Below, piece by piece: positions 1 to 7,233 of a stretch of 40,562 bases of DNA (within the stretch, counting starts at the first letter, position 1; every line of letters begins with the position of its first letter). The notes below the pieces were generated by a model, which saw nothing but the letters and a program-made list of their open reading frames with translations, did not search any database and was not told the DNA's origin. Position numbers and translations under genes: made by a program. Origin of the DNA: a virus (Duplodnaviria > Heunggongvirae > Uroviricota > Caudoviricetes); the IMG/VR virus record IMGVR_UViG_3300042402_002792; one strand, given 5' to 3'.

Positions 1-11
1 AGGGCCCTTTT

Positions 12-97
12 TGGTGCTCGGACCCGGAATCGAACCGGGACGCCATTACAGCGAGAGATTTTAAGTCTCTTGTGTCTACCTATTTCACCATCCGAGC
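12..97 (-). tRNA. tRNA-Leu (anticodon UAA) with encoded CCA
   Basis: Reverse complement reads GCTCGGA...TGGTGAAATAGGTAGACAC-AAGAGAC TTAAAA TCTCT-long variable arm-GGTTCGATTCC-...TCCGAGC-ACCA: acceptor stem, T-loop, TAA anticodon and class II variable arm. Confidence 0.95.
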
Positions 98-105
98 GAT
101 GATTT

Positions 106-134
106 ATTATACTATCATGATTCTATTCTGTCAA
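106..134 (-). promoter_or_regulatory. sigma70-type promoter for tRNA-Leu
   Basis: TTGACA-17-TATAAT ending 8 nt before the tRNA 5' end. Confidence 0.85.
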
Positions 135-303
135 CTTCTTCGTAGTCGCCATCTGCGGTTTCTAGATAAATTGTTGCGCCAGTAGCGCCTTCGTTGATTG
201 CCTTTTTAGCCAAGTGGCGTGCCTCTTTGAGGCTCTTGGTCGTATCAACAAGTTCATCTTGGCCCTCGATGGTGGCCCAGACCTCGTATTGTTCCCAGCT
301 CAT
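115..303 (-). CDS. small acidic hypothetical protein
   Basis: 62-aa ORF with ATGA overlap to the upstream ORF. Confidence 0.7.
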   Translation of the reverse strand: MSWEQYEVWATIEGQDELVDTTKSLKEARHLAKKAINEGATGATIYLETADGDYEEVDRIES

Positions 304-488
304 GATAGTTTGGTTTGTTCGTCGTTATTGAGTAGATCGCAGAGTCGTTGTGCTTCTTGCTCCGCTTCGTATCGGTCTTCTCGCACAATGATAGCAAGTA
401 CACGCCCTTTAGGTACACTAAGGAAGTCCCTAATGACCACGCACTCGCTTGTTAGATAATCTTTAGAAAGAGAGACCCCGTATCGCAT
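300..488 (-). CDS. hypothetical protein (probably late, leaderless)
   Basis: TAAATA lies 4 nt before the ATG; 13-bp inverted repeat flanks the start. Confidence 0.65.
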   Translation of the reverse strand: MRYGVSLSKDYLTSECVVIRDFLSVPKGRVLAIIVREDRYEAEQEAQRLCDLLNNDEQTKLS

Positions 489-521
489 ACAATATTTACT
501 TCAGTACACGATACGGGGTCT
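473..521 (-). promoter_or_regulatory. late promoter TAAATA (493-498) inside a 13-bp inverted repeat
   Basis: AGACCCCGTATCG (473-485) pairs with CGATACGGGGTCT (509-521). Confidence 0.65.
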
Positions 522-525
522 ATAA

Positions 526-894
526 TTAGAACGGAGCGTCTTCCAGTTCGGAAGTATCAGCAACCTTTGCAGTTGCCTTAGCCTTGGGAGCCTTCGCAGG
601 TGCCTTAGCTGTAGTAGCAACCTTTGCAGTTGCTTTAGGTACCTTAGGTGCCTTAGCATCAAGATAGTCAGCGATAGCTGATTGTTGAGCTGCACTCTGG
701 AACTCGTCACCATCTTTGATAGTGTTGACTGCATCAAGCTTAGTCATAGCCGTATCGAGCTCAACGAGAACGATGTCAGTGTGACCATGCTTCTGGAGTA
801 CTTTGGTACGCATGATATCAGTAGCGAAACGAACCTTGACTTCGCCATTGAGTTTAGAAGTACCAACCACGGTAAAAAGTTTATCAGTAGCCAT
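526..894 (-). CDS. hypothetical protein with Ala/Lys/Pro-rich (histone H1-like) C-terminal tail
   Basis: KAPKVPKATAKVATTAKAPAKAPKAKATAK tail; own sigma70 promoter at 963-991. Confidence 0.8.
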   Translation of the reverse strand: MATDKLFTVVGTSKLNGEVKVRFATDIMRTKVLQKHGHTDIVLVELDTAMTKLDAVNTIKDGDEFQSAAQQSAIADYLDAKAPKVPKATAKVATTAKAPAKAPKAKATAKVADTSELEDAPF

Positions 895-962
895 TTTGTG
901 TGCCTTTTTTTCTGTGTGTGTTAAAATTAATGCTTCGAAGCCTATCTTCTCTGCATGTCTCT

Positions 963-991
963 ATTATACAGTCTGGTTAGCCATTAGTCAA
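963..991 (-). promoter_or_regulatory. sigma70-type early promoter
   Basis: TTGACT-17-TATAAT. Confidence 0.8.
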
Positions 992-1020
992 GAACTTTTG
1001 GCTAACCAAACCATATTCGT

Positions 1021-1374
1021 TTAGTCCAAACGCGAACCTGCGTAGACCCTGTCCAATCCCAACTTGTCTTTCAACACTTGGGCGTAGGCTTCTGCACCTG
1101 CTTCCAGGATTGAGATGCTCTGTGTTGGGAAGCCGCTGGGGTTCCACAGGCTCAATGCACCCGTGTAGTCCTTACGGAAGCCTTGAGCTTGAAGGGCTTT
1201 GCCGATCTTGCTGTTTGAACGAACACCCCAAACATTAACCCAGGCAAAGCCGCAGGCATCACGATCGCCGTGTTTTTCAAAAAAGTCTCTGGCTGCCGAA
1301 CGGGCTTCTAGCCCTGCTTCTTGACATGCCGATTGAACTGCTTCTGGGGTTACCACTGTTGCGATTGCTGTCAT
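1021..1374 (-). CDS. conserved phage hypothetical protein (CGFAWV motif)
   Basis: AAGGAG RBS, own promoter, ACGFAWV motif typical of a phage-only family. Confidence 0.8.
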   Translation of the reverse strand: MTAIATVVTPEAVQSACQEAGLEARSAARDFFEKHGDRDACGFAWVNVWGVRSNSKIGKALQAQGFRKDYTGALSLWNPSGFPTQSISILEAGAEAYAQVLKDKLGLDRVYAGSRLD

Positions 1375-1402
1375 CTTGCGCTCCTTTGTTGTTTAAGTCT
1401 TA

Positions 1403-1431
1403 ATTATACTGCCAAAAGCCCAACTCGTCAA
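1403..1431 (-). promoter_or_regulatory. sigma70-type early promoter
   Basis: TTGACG-17-TATAAT; the -35 overlaps the TGA stop of the upstream gene. Confidence 0.85.
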
Positions 1432-1694
1432 CCAACTTTTTGTTGTATTTTTACAACATTTTTTGAACGAATCTTTGGATTCTTTTCAGTGCCAAACTCT
1501 TTATCCACATAGAACTGAATCAGTTCCCTTTGGATCTGTGTGATCAAATCACCGTGATCATCGTTAACTACGAAGCGGACTGGGCAACGACCCCACGCAC
1601 CCGACTTATTGAACTCAGCGAACCATTGACGATGATCTCTGTTCTTAGCATCAAATACGACCCAAGGTCTACCATATAAAGATAGTCTGCTCAT
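1428..1694 (-). CDS. hypothetical protein
   Basis: Start reassigned to ATG at 1694 (AGGAG RBS, ATGA overlap). Confidence 0.75.
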   Translation of the reverse strand: MSRLSLYGRPWVVFDAKNRDHRQWFAEFNKSGAWGRCPVRFVVNDDHGDLITQIQRELIQFYVDKEFGTEKNPKIRSKNVVKIQQKVG

Positions 1695-1813
1695 TTGAAC
1701 CAACTCCTAATGGCAGCTTCGAGCGGCCCAAAATCGTATCGTTGATCCTTAGGACGAACACGCATAAGTTCTTTACGAGCGTGCTCTGTGTTCTTTTCTT
1801 TATTCGTTTTCAT
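1691..1813 (-). CDS. small hypothetical protein, 40 aa (not in ORF track)
   Basis: MKTNKEKNTEHARKELMRVRPKDQRYDFGPLEAAIRSWFK; fills the gap, overlaps both neighbours. Confidence 0.55.
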   Translation of the reverse strand: MKTNKEKNTEHARKELMRVRPKDQRYDFGPLEAAIRSWFK

Positions 1814-2381
1814 CTTCTTCTTCCTTGTTCTCTTCTTCCCACTGTGCTACATCTTCTGAGATACCAAATGCTTCGTCCAACTCTACAGGCAGAGTCTCAG
1901 CAATCTCTGTGCTAGACATACCACCATACTCGTAGTAGTCATCATTACCGTTGTCCCAAATGCCTGCAAATGCCATACCTGGCTCAAAATACATAGCTGT
2001 GATACGGAAGCCCATAGCCTGTAACTTCTCGTAGGCTGCTGTAGGAGGAGCCCATGCACTCTCAAAGCCCAACATCAATCCACCTGGGATGTCCTGTGCA
2101 GGGTTACCATCAGCACCAATGTCCCACTTGGTTCCCCATTCGTTGACGCAGTAGTCATACCAGTTAGTGTAACCGTAGGTCATACGGTTGAACTCTTCTT
2201 TGAGCTTGTGTTCTGCTTCTTCTGCAACAGGAACTGATCCTGCTACAATGTTACGAAGGTCTTCTGGTACAGGAATAAACTCTTGTAGCAGGCCTTCGCC
2301 ATTGAACGCAGTTCGCACCCGCTCAATCATCTTAGGGTCATCGTGGTAGATCTCTACGCTGTTGTTGCACCAGTTTGGCAT
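1800..2381 (-). CDS. DUF1281/YubB-like ferredoxin-fold protein
   Basis: MPNWCNN start, WYDYCVNEWGTKWD, FESAWAPP and YFEPG motifs; start moved to 2381. Confidence 0.8.
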   Translation of the reverse strand: MPNWCNNSVEIYHDDPKMIERVRTAFNGEGLLQEFIPVPEDLRNIVAGSVPVAEEAEHKLKEEFNRMTYGYTNWYDYCVNEWGTKWDIGADGNPAQDIPGGLMLGFESAWAPPTAAYEKLQAMGFRITAMYFEPGMAFAGIWDNGNDDYYEYGGMSSTEIAETLPVELDEAFGISEDVAQWEEENKEEEDENE

Positions 2382-2382
2382 A

Positions 2383-2526
2383 TTAGTATGGTCCTTCTGA
2401 CAAGTATGATTTAAGGTTAGACTCTGGCACAAAGTGTAACAGCTCTTCAATAGCTGTGAAGTCTGCGTTCTTTACGTCTTGAGCAATCTGCTCCAAGACA
2501 AGATCAACAAGCTCTTGTCTAGACAT
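2383..2526 (-). CDS. small hypothetical protein, 47 aa (not in ORF track)
   Basis: MSRQELVDLVLEQIAQDVKNADFTAIEELLHFVPESNLKSYLSEGPY; GGAGAG RBS. Confidence 0.6.
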   Translation of the reverse strand: MSRQELVDLVLEQIAQDVKNADFTAIEELLHFVPESNLKSYLSEGPY

Positions 2527-2725
2527 CGAAGCTCTCCTCTCCAAGTTCTGTTACTTCTTCCTCTAAGACCATCAAGTCAACAATGGTAATACCATTGCCG
2601 CTAACACCTTGGAACGCAGTTCTAAACGATTGGAACTCGCCAAAGAAGTCGTAGATCTCTTCTCGTGTAGTGCCTTCGGGCACCTCCAACTCCTGACGGA
2701 GGATAGTTGTTACATAGGCTTTCAT
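2519..2725 (-). CDS. small acidic hypothetical protein
   Basis: Start MKAYV after GGAG. Confidence 0.7.
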   Translation of the reverse strand: MKAYVTTILRQELEVPEGTTREEIYDFFGEFQSFRTAFQGVSGNGITIVDLMVLEEEVTELGEESFDV

Positions 2726-2726
2726 C

Positions 2727-2993
2727 TTAGATCTCCGTCTCATATTCGTAAAACTTAACACTCGGATCCAACTTCTTCAGTTGCTTTGCGGCAGTCATCA
2801 GCTCTTTGTATCTCCGATTGACCTCTGCGCGAGGAAGTTCCCCATCGCAGGTCAAGTTCTCAGGGCTCAAAGAACTGTCGATCATATCCGCAATGCGTTG
2901 ACGACCTTTGGCAGTTTGGATCTCATACTGCTCGCCATTGAAGAAACTGTTCCAGTGATTCTTCTGTGCAATGAACTCTTGTAGTGCTCGCAT
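2727..2993 (-). CDS. hypothetical protein (LSPENLTCDGE motif)
   Basis: AAGGAGCGA RBS and own promoter. Confidence 0.8.
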   Translation of the reverse strand: MRALQEFIAQKNHWNSFFNGEQYEIQTAKGRQRIADMIDSSLSPENLTCDGELPRAEVNRRYKELMTAAKQLKKLDPSVKFYEYETEI

Positions 2994-3025
2994 CTATCGC
3001 TCCTTGTGTGTCTGTGTAAGTATGT

Positions 3026-3054
3026 ATTATAAGCTCATTTCCGCATCACGTCAA
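3026..3054 (-). promoter_or_regulatory. sigma70-type early promoter
   Basis: TTGACG-17-TATAAT. Confidence 0.85.
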
Positions 3055-3241
3055 CCAGTACCCGTTCAGCTAGATGGGTTTCTTCGACTTGATCAAAGGT
3101 AGCGGCAATCATCATGTTGTAGACTACATAAGCATCGTGGCCAAAGACCTTGAGGATTACATTGACTTCTTGTTGCGACTGTGCTACCCACAGCAGATCC
3201 GCAATCTTGTGCTGTGTAGCATTTTGCAGTTTCAGTTCCAT
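3035..3241 (-). CDS. hypothetical protein
   Basis: AAGGAG RBS, own promoter. Confidence 0.75.
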   Translation of the reverse strand: MELKLQNATQHKIADLLWVAQSQQEVNVILKVFGHDAYVVYNMMIAATFDQVEETHLAERVLVDVMRK

Positions 3242-3266
3242 TGCTTGCTCTCCTTAGTATGTGTAT

Positions 3267-3306
3267 ATTATAGCACCAAAAAGAAACCCTGTCAACCGTA
3301 GGGTTA
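3267..3306 (-). promoter_or_regulatory. sigma70 promoter with overlapping palindromic operator
   Basis: TTGACA-17-TATAAT (3267-3295); AAACCCTG-N7-TAGGGTTA (3284-3306). Confidence 0.85.
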
Positions 3307-3387
3307 AACAGGGCGTTGTTGAAAAGCCACACTAGCTAAACGAAGTGCCCAGGCGGGTTGCAGGGCCTAGTGGTCTAGCAGGCGGCA

Positions 3388-3603
3388 TTAACTGTTGACT
3401 GTGTCGTAGGGGCTGTAGAGGTCTTTGATCAGACGCTCTTGTGCAGATTCGTCCCACTCATCGAATGGCTTGCATCCTTGATCAGCAATCCAGTTGAGTA
3501 CAATCTCTTTAGGGCAGTCGAGTTCACGTGCGATCTGTCCTGCGTTGAGCCCTTCAATATAGAGTTGCTCAATGTCGTAGGCTAGTTCTGCCATCTTGCT
3601 CAT
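3388..3603 (-). CDS. small HTH-like hypothetical protein
   Basis: LYIEGLNAGQIARELDCPKEIVLNW resembles a helix-turn-helix. Confidence 0.7.
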   Translation of the reverse strand: MSKMAELAYDIEQLYIEGLNAGQIARELDCPKEIVLNWIADQGCKPFDEWDESAQERLIKDLYSPYDTVNS

Positions 3604-3749
3604 CGTAGTAATCCTTTTTCAATACAATTTTGAGTGTCCTGAATGTCTGTCAATACAGTTTCTAACAACCCTCTAGGATCACCAAGGTTTAACACCTTGA
3701 TCAATAGATCGCTATAACCTTCAACTAATTCAATTAGATCTTTACTCAT
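3600..3749 (-). CDS. small hypothetical protein, 49 aa (not in ORF track)
   Basis: MSKDLIELVEGYSDLLIKVLNLGD...; ATGA overlaps at both ends. Confidence 0.6.
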   Translation of the reverse strand: MSKDLIELVEGYSDLLIKVLNLGDPRGLLETVLTDIQDTQNCIEKGLLR

Positions 3750-4168
3750 TCCATTTCCTCCTGTGCAATACGATCTTGCTCGTCAATAAAAGCCTCCTCC
3801 AGAGGCATCCAAGTGTTTTCTGTTTCGTAGTAACGAACGAACCATGTAGCTGTGCCGTTGACGTTGCGCAGAATGTAGTCGTACTCTTCAGACTGTGAGC
3901 AGTCGAAGTACTCGTCTGCGTTTTTGTACTTGTTGATCACAAGCTCTTCGCCACGCCAGTGGTGGTAAGCGCCTTGTTTAGTTTCTTCAACAGTATTGCA
4001 CAAGCTTGAGAAAGCTCCCAGCGCCAGCAGTTCTTTAACTGTAAAGGGGTCCATGTAGTGACGAGCAAGGATCTGTCCATTGTTGCTCAAGTAACCGTCC
4101 CAGTGGCAGTAGACCTGCTCAACTGTACCGTCTGCGAATTCTAATGCAATAGTGCTTCGTGTACCCAT
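3746..4168 (-). CDS. conserved phage hypothetical protein (MGTRS...YCHWDGY family)
   Basis: Characteristic MGTRSTIA and VYCHWDGY motifs; AGGAG RBS. Confidence 0.85.
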   Translation of the reverse strand: MGTRSTIALEFADGTVEQVYCHWDGYLSNNGQILARHYMDPFTVKELLALGAFSSLCNTVEETKQGAYHHWRGEELVINKYKNADEYFDCSQSEEYDYILRNVNGTATWFVRYYETENTWMPLEEAFIDEQDRIAQEEME

Positions 4169-4198
4169 TTTACGCTCCTGTTTTGTTACTGTACCTAT

Positions 4199-4238
4199 AG
4201 TATAACATCTTTCAATACCCGTGTCAACCGTAGGGTTA
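4199..4238 (-). promoter_or_regulatory. sigma70 promoter with overlapping operator
   Basis: TTGACA-17-TATACT (4199-4227); TACCCGTG-N7-TAGGGTTA (4216-4238). Confidence 0.8.
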
Positions 4239-4472
4239 ATACTCTGCTACGGGTTCTTCGCTTTCGTTCAACGCCACAAAGACTTTGGTGTAGCAGTCCT
4301 CACCTTCGTGTTCGTCGAAGTATTTGACCTCGTAGACAAATTGTTTGCCGTTGCTAATGCCTAAGAACTTGCTGTCCTTAAACGAGTCGGCATAGCCTGA
4401 ACGGCGGATAGCTTGAGTTAGCTGTATGGCACCTAACTTGCCTAGGATGTTGATAGTGTGTGCTGGGATCAT
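4236..4472 (-). CDS. hypothetical protein
   Basis: ATGA overlap, AAGGA RBS. Confidence 0.7.
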   Translation of the reverse strand: MIPAHTINILGKLGAIQLTQAIRRSGYADSFKDSKFLGISNGKQFVYEVKYFDEHEGEDCYTKVFVALNESEEPVAEY

Positions 4473-4735
4473 GCAGTTTCCTTAAAAAATACAGCTTTGA
4501 TACGATTGCCCTCTACGACAAAGGCATATGAGTCTTCAAACTTAGTGCTGGGATTAGACAGCACCTTGCGAGCGATAATGCGTACACTACGCTCGTTGAC
4601 GCTGTCCGTTACATCGTAGCCTGGGCCGTCTTCTGCTGCCCCGTGTGCTGTGTAGCTGTACTTGCCTGCACAACCGCACATACAAGCACCGTTCTTGCCG
4701 CTGTAGGTCTTAACAATTTTACTGATATCTAACAT
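4469..4735 (-). CDS. hypothetical protein (YSGK..CMCGCAGKY motif)
   Basis: CxCGC motif; AAGGAGCGAAC RBS. Confidence 0.8.
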   Translation of the reverse strand: MLDISKIVKTYSGKNGACMCGCAGKYSYTAHGAAEDGPGYDVTDSVNERSVRIIARKVLSNPSTKFEDSYAFVVEGNRIKAVFFKETA

Positions 4736-4761
4736 GGTTCGCTCCTTGTTATTAAGTCTTA

Positions 4762-4790
4762 ATTATAACATCAATCTAAGTAGTAGTCAA
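4762..4790 (-). promoter_or_regulatory. sigma70-type early promoter
   Basis: TTGACT-17-TATAAT. Confidence 0.8.
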
Positions 4791-4929
4791 CTCTCTCTAC
4801 CAGTGCATCCATTGCAGTTTTTAGTTCCCATTGCACAGTGCCGCCTTCTTCTATAGGCTCTTTGTCGCAAGTAGCAGAGGCAAACATTTCTTCAATTTCT
4901 GCTAGCTTTGCAAGTATTTCGTCTCTCAT
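4771..4929 (-). CDS. small acidic hypothetical protein
   Basis: Start MRDEIL after AAGGAG. Confidence 0.75.
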   Translation of the reverse strand: MRDEILAKLAEIEEMFASATCDKEPIEEGGTVQWELKTAMDALVERVDYYLD

Positions 4930-4956
4930 TGTCAGCTCCTTTGTTGCTATGTGTGT

Positions 4957-4985
4957 ATTATAACGCACTTTGCCCAAACTGTCAA
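4957..4985 (-). promoter_or_regulatory. sigma70-type early promoter
   Basis: TTGACA-17-TATAAT. Confidence 0.85.
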
Positions 4986-5218
4986 CCAACAGCGTTGTAT
5001 AACCCTACAAGACCTATGGCTAATGCTACAACGTTAACCACGGCCTGCGGCACATTGCGCACTCGCACAGCCCATGCCAAAAATGCTACAGTTCCTACAG
5101 CGAACACGGCAATATTGTAGGGATAGGCAGCAGGTCCTACAGCGTTAAGCACATGCCCTGCAATAATAGCAGCCGCCCCTGTCCATTGCAGTGCGTCGTC
5201 TATGTGTCTATAGCTCAT
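4982..5218 (-). CDS. small membrane protein (about 3 TM helices)
   Basis: Three hydrophobic stretches; GAGG RBS. Confidence 0.75.
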   Translation of the reverse strand: MSYRHIDDALQWTGAAAIIAGHVLNAVGPAAYPYNIAVFAVGTVAFLAWAVRVRNVPQAVVNVVALAIGLVGLYNAVG

Positions 5219-5574
5219 TACATCGCCTCTAGTACTGTGTTAAACTTTGCTTCCCATGCTTGCAGGAACTTTGCTGTTACAATGTCGCAGCTCACATAGT
5301 TGTCTCCCTGCATGCCTTGCTCGCTGTAGCTAACGTCTTTGCCTGGCAAGCCGTGTGCATCTAAAAATGCTTTCAGCTCTTGCATAAACTGCTTGTCTGT
5401 GTAAATCAGTCCGTCTTTGTTAACGTCCCAGTCCTCTGTGTTAAAGTAAACACGCAGTTCGCCAAAGTCGCGCTCGTCGTTAATGTATGCAACACGCATG
5501 TCTACAATGCGCACTGCCTTAACAGCCCTGCTCCAGTAGCCCAGACCATTTGTGTTAAATGTTACTGCTTGCAT
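5218..5574 (-). CDS. hypothetical protein (YSEQGMQGDNYVS motif)
   Basis: Start MQAV after AGGAGCGA. Confidence 0.8.
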   Translation of the reverse strand: MQAVTFNTNGLGYWSRAVKAVRIVDMRVAYINDERDFGELRVYFNTEDWDVNKDGLIYTDKQFMQELKAFLDAHGLPGKDVSYSEQGMQGDNYVSCDIVTAKFLQAWEAKFNTVLEAM

Positions 5575-5598
5575 AGTTTCGCTCCTATTTAAAAATGT

Positions 5599-5650
5599 AT
5601 TATAGCACGTTTTGCGCACAGTGTCAATAACCCTATGCGCTGTAGTGTTA
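5599..5650 (-). promoter_or_regulatory. sigma70 promoter with adjacent operator
   Basis: TTGACA-17-TATAAT (5599-5627); TAACCCTA-N7-TAGTGTTA (5628-5650). Confidence 0.85.
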
Positions 5651-5836
5651 TTATGCGTTTAGTTCAAATTCGTCTATGCGTGTTGCTACACTAAAGCCCG
5701 CTTCGCTAAAAAAGTCGCGTGTAAAATTTTGTAGCGCATTGTCAGCATTTTGTTTGCTATTGTAAACGCCAATACTTTCGTATGCGTTCTCGTCGTCCCC
5801 TAGCCCCTGCGCTTGCAGTACATACATTGTTTGCAT
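5651..5836 (-). CDS. hypothetical protein
   Basis: AAGGA RBS, own promoter. Confidence 0.7.
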   Translation of the reverse strand: MQTMYVLQAQGLGDDENAYESIGVYNSKQNADNALQNFTRDFFSEAGFSVATRIDEFELNA

Positions 5837-5871
5837 TTTGTTCCTTTTGCTTTACTGTTTAACATGTATGT

Positions 5872-5922
5872 ATTATAGCGCACTTAGCCCAAAATGTCAA
5901 GTCCCTACTAGCTGTAGGGTTA
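5872..5922 (-). promoter_or_regulatory. sigma70 promoter with adjacent operator
   Basis: TTGACA-17-TATAAT (5872-5900); AGTCCCTA-N7-TAGGGTTA (5900-5922). Confidence 0.85.
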
Positions 5923-5929
5923 TTCTTGA

Positions 5930-6253
5930 TCAGTAGCGTTGAAGCTTACAGCGAGTCTCATAAAAAGGAACTCCGCTGAAAGGATCGCGTCCGATCTGTT
6001 GCGGCCAGCAGTGCTGTCGATACACAGGCTGACCTTCGCGTATGATCACTGGATATTGCGGATGCATAACCACAGGGCCTTGACCTACAACCACAGGTGG
6101 CTGACCGTTGGGGTACTGTTGATTGCGAGTCATTCCCTGTATAGCCAGAACGGCTGCAATACCTGTTACGATACCCTGCTCACGATCACCCCAAGCATGA
6201 GCTTGACTAATGCTAGCCAAAGCAATCATAGAACCAACAATCAGCTTTTTCAT
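5930..6253 (-). CDS. secreted/periplasmic hypothetical protein
   Basis: Sec signal peptide MKKLIVGSMIALASISQAHA; AAGGAG RBS. Confidence 0.8.
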   Translation of the reverse strand: MKKLIVGSMIALASISQAHAWGDREQGIVTGIAAVLAIQGMTRNQQYPNGQPPVVVGQGPVVMHPQYPVIIREGQPVYRQHCWPQQIGRDPFSGVPFYETRCKLQRY

Positions 6254-6276
6254 AGCGTTCTCCTTACTATGACTAT

Positions 6277-6305
6277 AGTATAGCATCAATCCTAACTCGT
6301 GTCAA
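6277..6305 (-). promoter_or_regulatory. sigma70-type early promoter
   Basis: TTGACA-17-TATACT. Confidence 0.8.
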
Positions 6306-6448
6306 CCGATCATTGATGGCCAACCTGAGCAGTTGTCTTTGCCGTATTGAGCGCAGAATATCGCATAAGCAGTTTCATGATCTCGGGCAGTGGTCTGCAC
6401 TCGTTCAAACCAGCCGTTGATCTGTACACTCATTTCAAACAGTTTCAC
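6302..6448 (-). CDS. small hypothetical protein, 48 aa (not in ORF track)
   Basis: GTG start after GAGGAG; MKLFEMSVQINGWFERVQTTARDHETAYAIFCAQYGKDNCSGWPSMIG. Confidence 0.6.
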   Translation of the reverse strand: MKLFEMSVQINGWFERVQTTARDHETAYAIFCAQYGKDNCSGWPSMIG

Positions 6449-6809
6449 GTTCTATCTCCTCGTTAATAACCTGAAGCTTACGCATCAAAGGCCAAACTTG
6501 TTTCTTAGCGTCTTCTATAGCCATTGAGATTTGGTCCTCGGCTGTCCCGTCAGTAAGGACATCGCGGGCATCTTCGTATAAGCATCCGCCCAAGTAGGCG
6601 CTACCGAGCTCGTGACCTTCAACCAGGACCCGGACACGCAGCATGAACCAATCCAGCTTGCCGTAGTCAATGTCCTTGCAGATCTGTTCAATATCGTGGC
6701 ACTCGTCGTCGAAACAATCACGGACATGGATTTCCTCATAGGTCTTGTCTACAATAACCTCAAAGCCTTCGCGCTCATAGCGAGCCAATTCATCGTACCA
6801 GCGTGTCAT
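6435..6809 (-). CDS. acidic hypothetical protein
   Basis: AAGGA RBS; 124-aa ORF. Confidence 0.8.
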   Translation of the reverse strand: MTRWYDELARYEREGFEVIVDKTYEEIHVRDCFDDECHDIEQICKDIDYGKLDWFMLRVRVLVEGHELGSAYLGGCLYEDARDVLTDGTAEDQISMAIEDAKKQVWPLMRKLQVINEEIERETV

Positions 6810-6817
6810 ATCAGTCC

Positions 6818-6964
6818 TTATCGTGTTGCAGGTTTAACAATGATGTCGCAGGGGTAGCCGTCGTGTTCGATCAGCCCTTTGCGTACATACCACAGCTCAC
6901 AGTCTGCGTCATAGAATACAGTGTCAATGACTCGTCCGTTGCGGATAACGTCCCATGCTTTCAT
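6818..6964 (-). CDS. small hypothetical protein, 48 aa (not in ORF track)
   Basis: MKAWDVIRNGRVIDTVFYDADCELWYVRKGLIEHDGYPCDIIVKPATR; AAGGAG RBS. Confidence 0.7.
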   Translation of the reverse strand: MKAWDVIRNGRVIDTVFYDADCELWYVRKGLIEHDGYPCDIIVKPATR

Positions 6965-6973
6965 AAGTGCTCC

Positions 6974-7204
6974 TTAGCAATCTGCGTCAAAAGATTCCCA
7001 TTCCTGGGCTTCGTCGGGCTGACCGTCCCAATCTGGATCTTCAACTAGATAGTCCTCGTCCTCTTCGTCCAGAATGTCGTTAGCACGGCACATGTCTTTA
7101 ACGTCATCTTCGCTCATGTAAGCCAGTGCCATCTCTGCCACAGCTTCTGCAGAGATAAGTCCTTCGTCCATCATCTCCAACAGCTTCGTAGTGTACTTAC
7201 GCAT
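6974..7204 (-). CDS. very acidic small protein
   Basis: DEEDEDYLVEDPDWDGQPDEAQEWESFDAD tail; AAGGAGCGAAC RBS. Confidence 0.8.
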   Translation of the reverse strand: MRKYTTKLLEMMDEGLISAEAVAEMALAYMSEDDVKDMCRANDILDEEDEDYLVEDPDWDGQPDEAQEWESFDADC

Positions 7205-7233
7205 AGGTTCGCTCCTTGTGTGTTACTGTAGCC

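Noticed and set aside
1-12. Terminator after the tRNA
   Set aside because: Only part of a possible hairpin is inside the window
501-737. 78-aa Leu/Arg/Gln-rich ORF
   Set aside because: Alternative frame of the Ala/Lys repeat in 526-894
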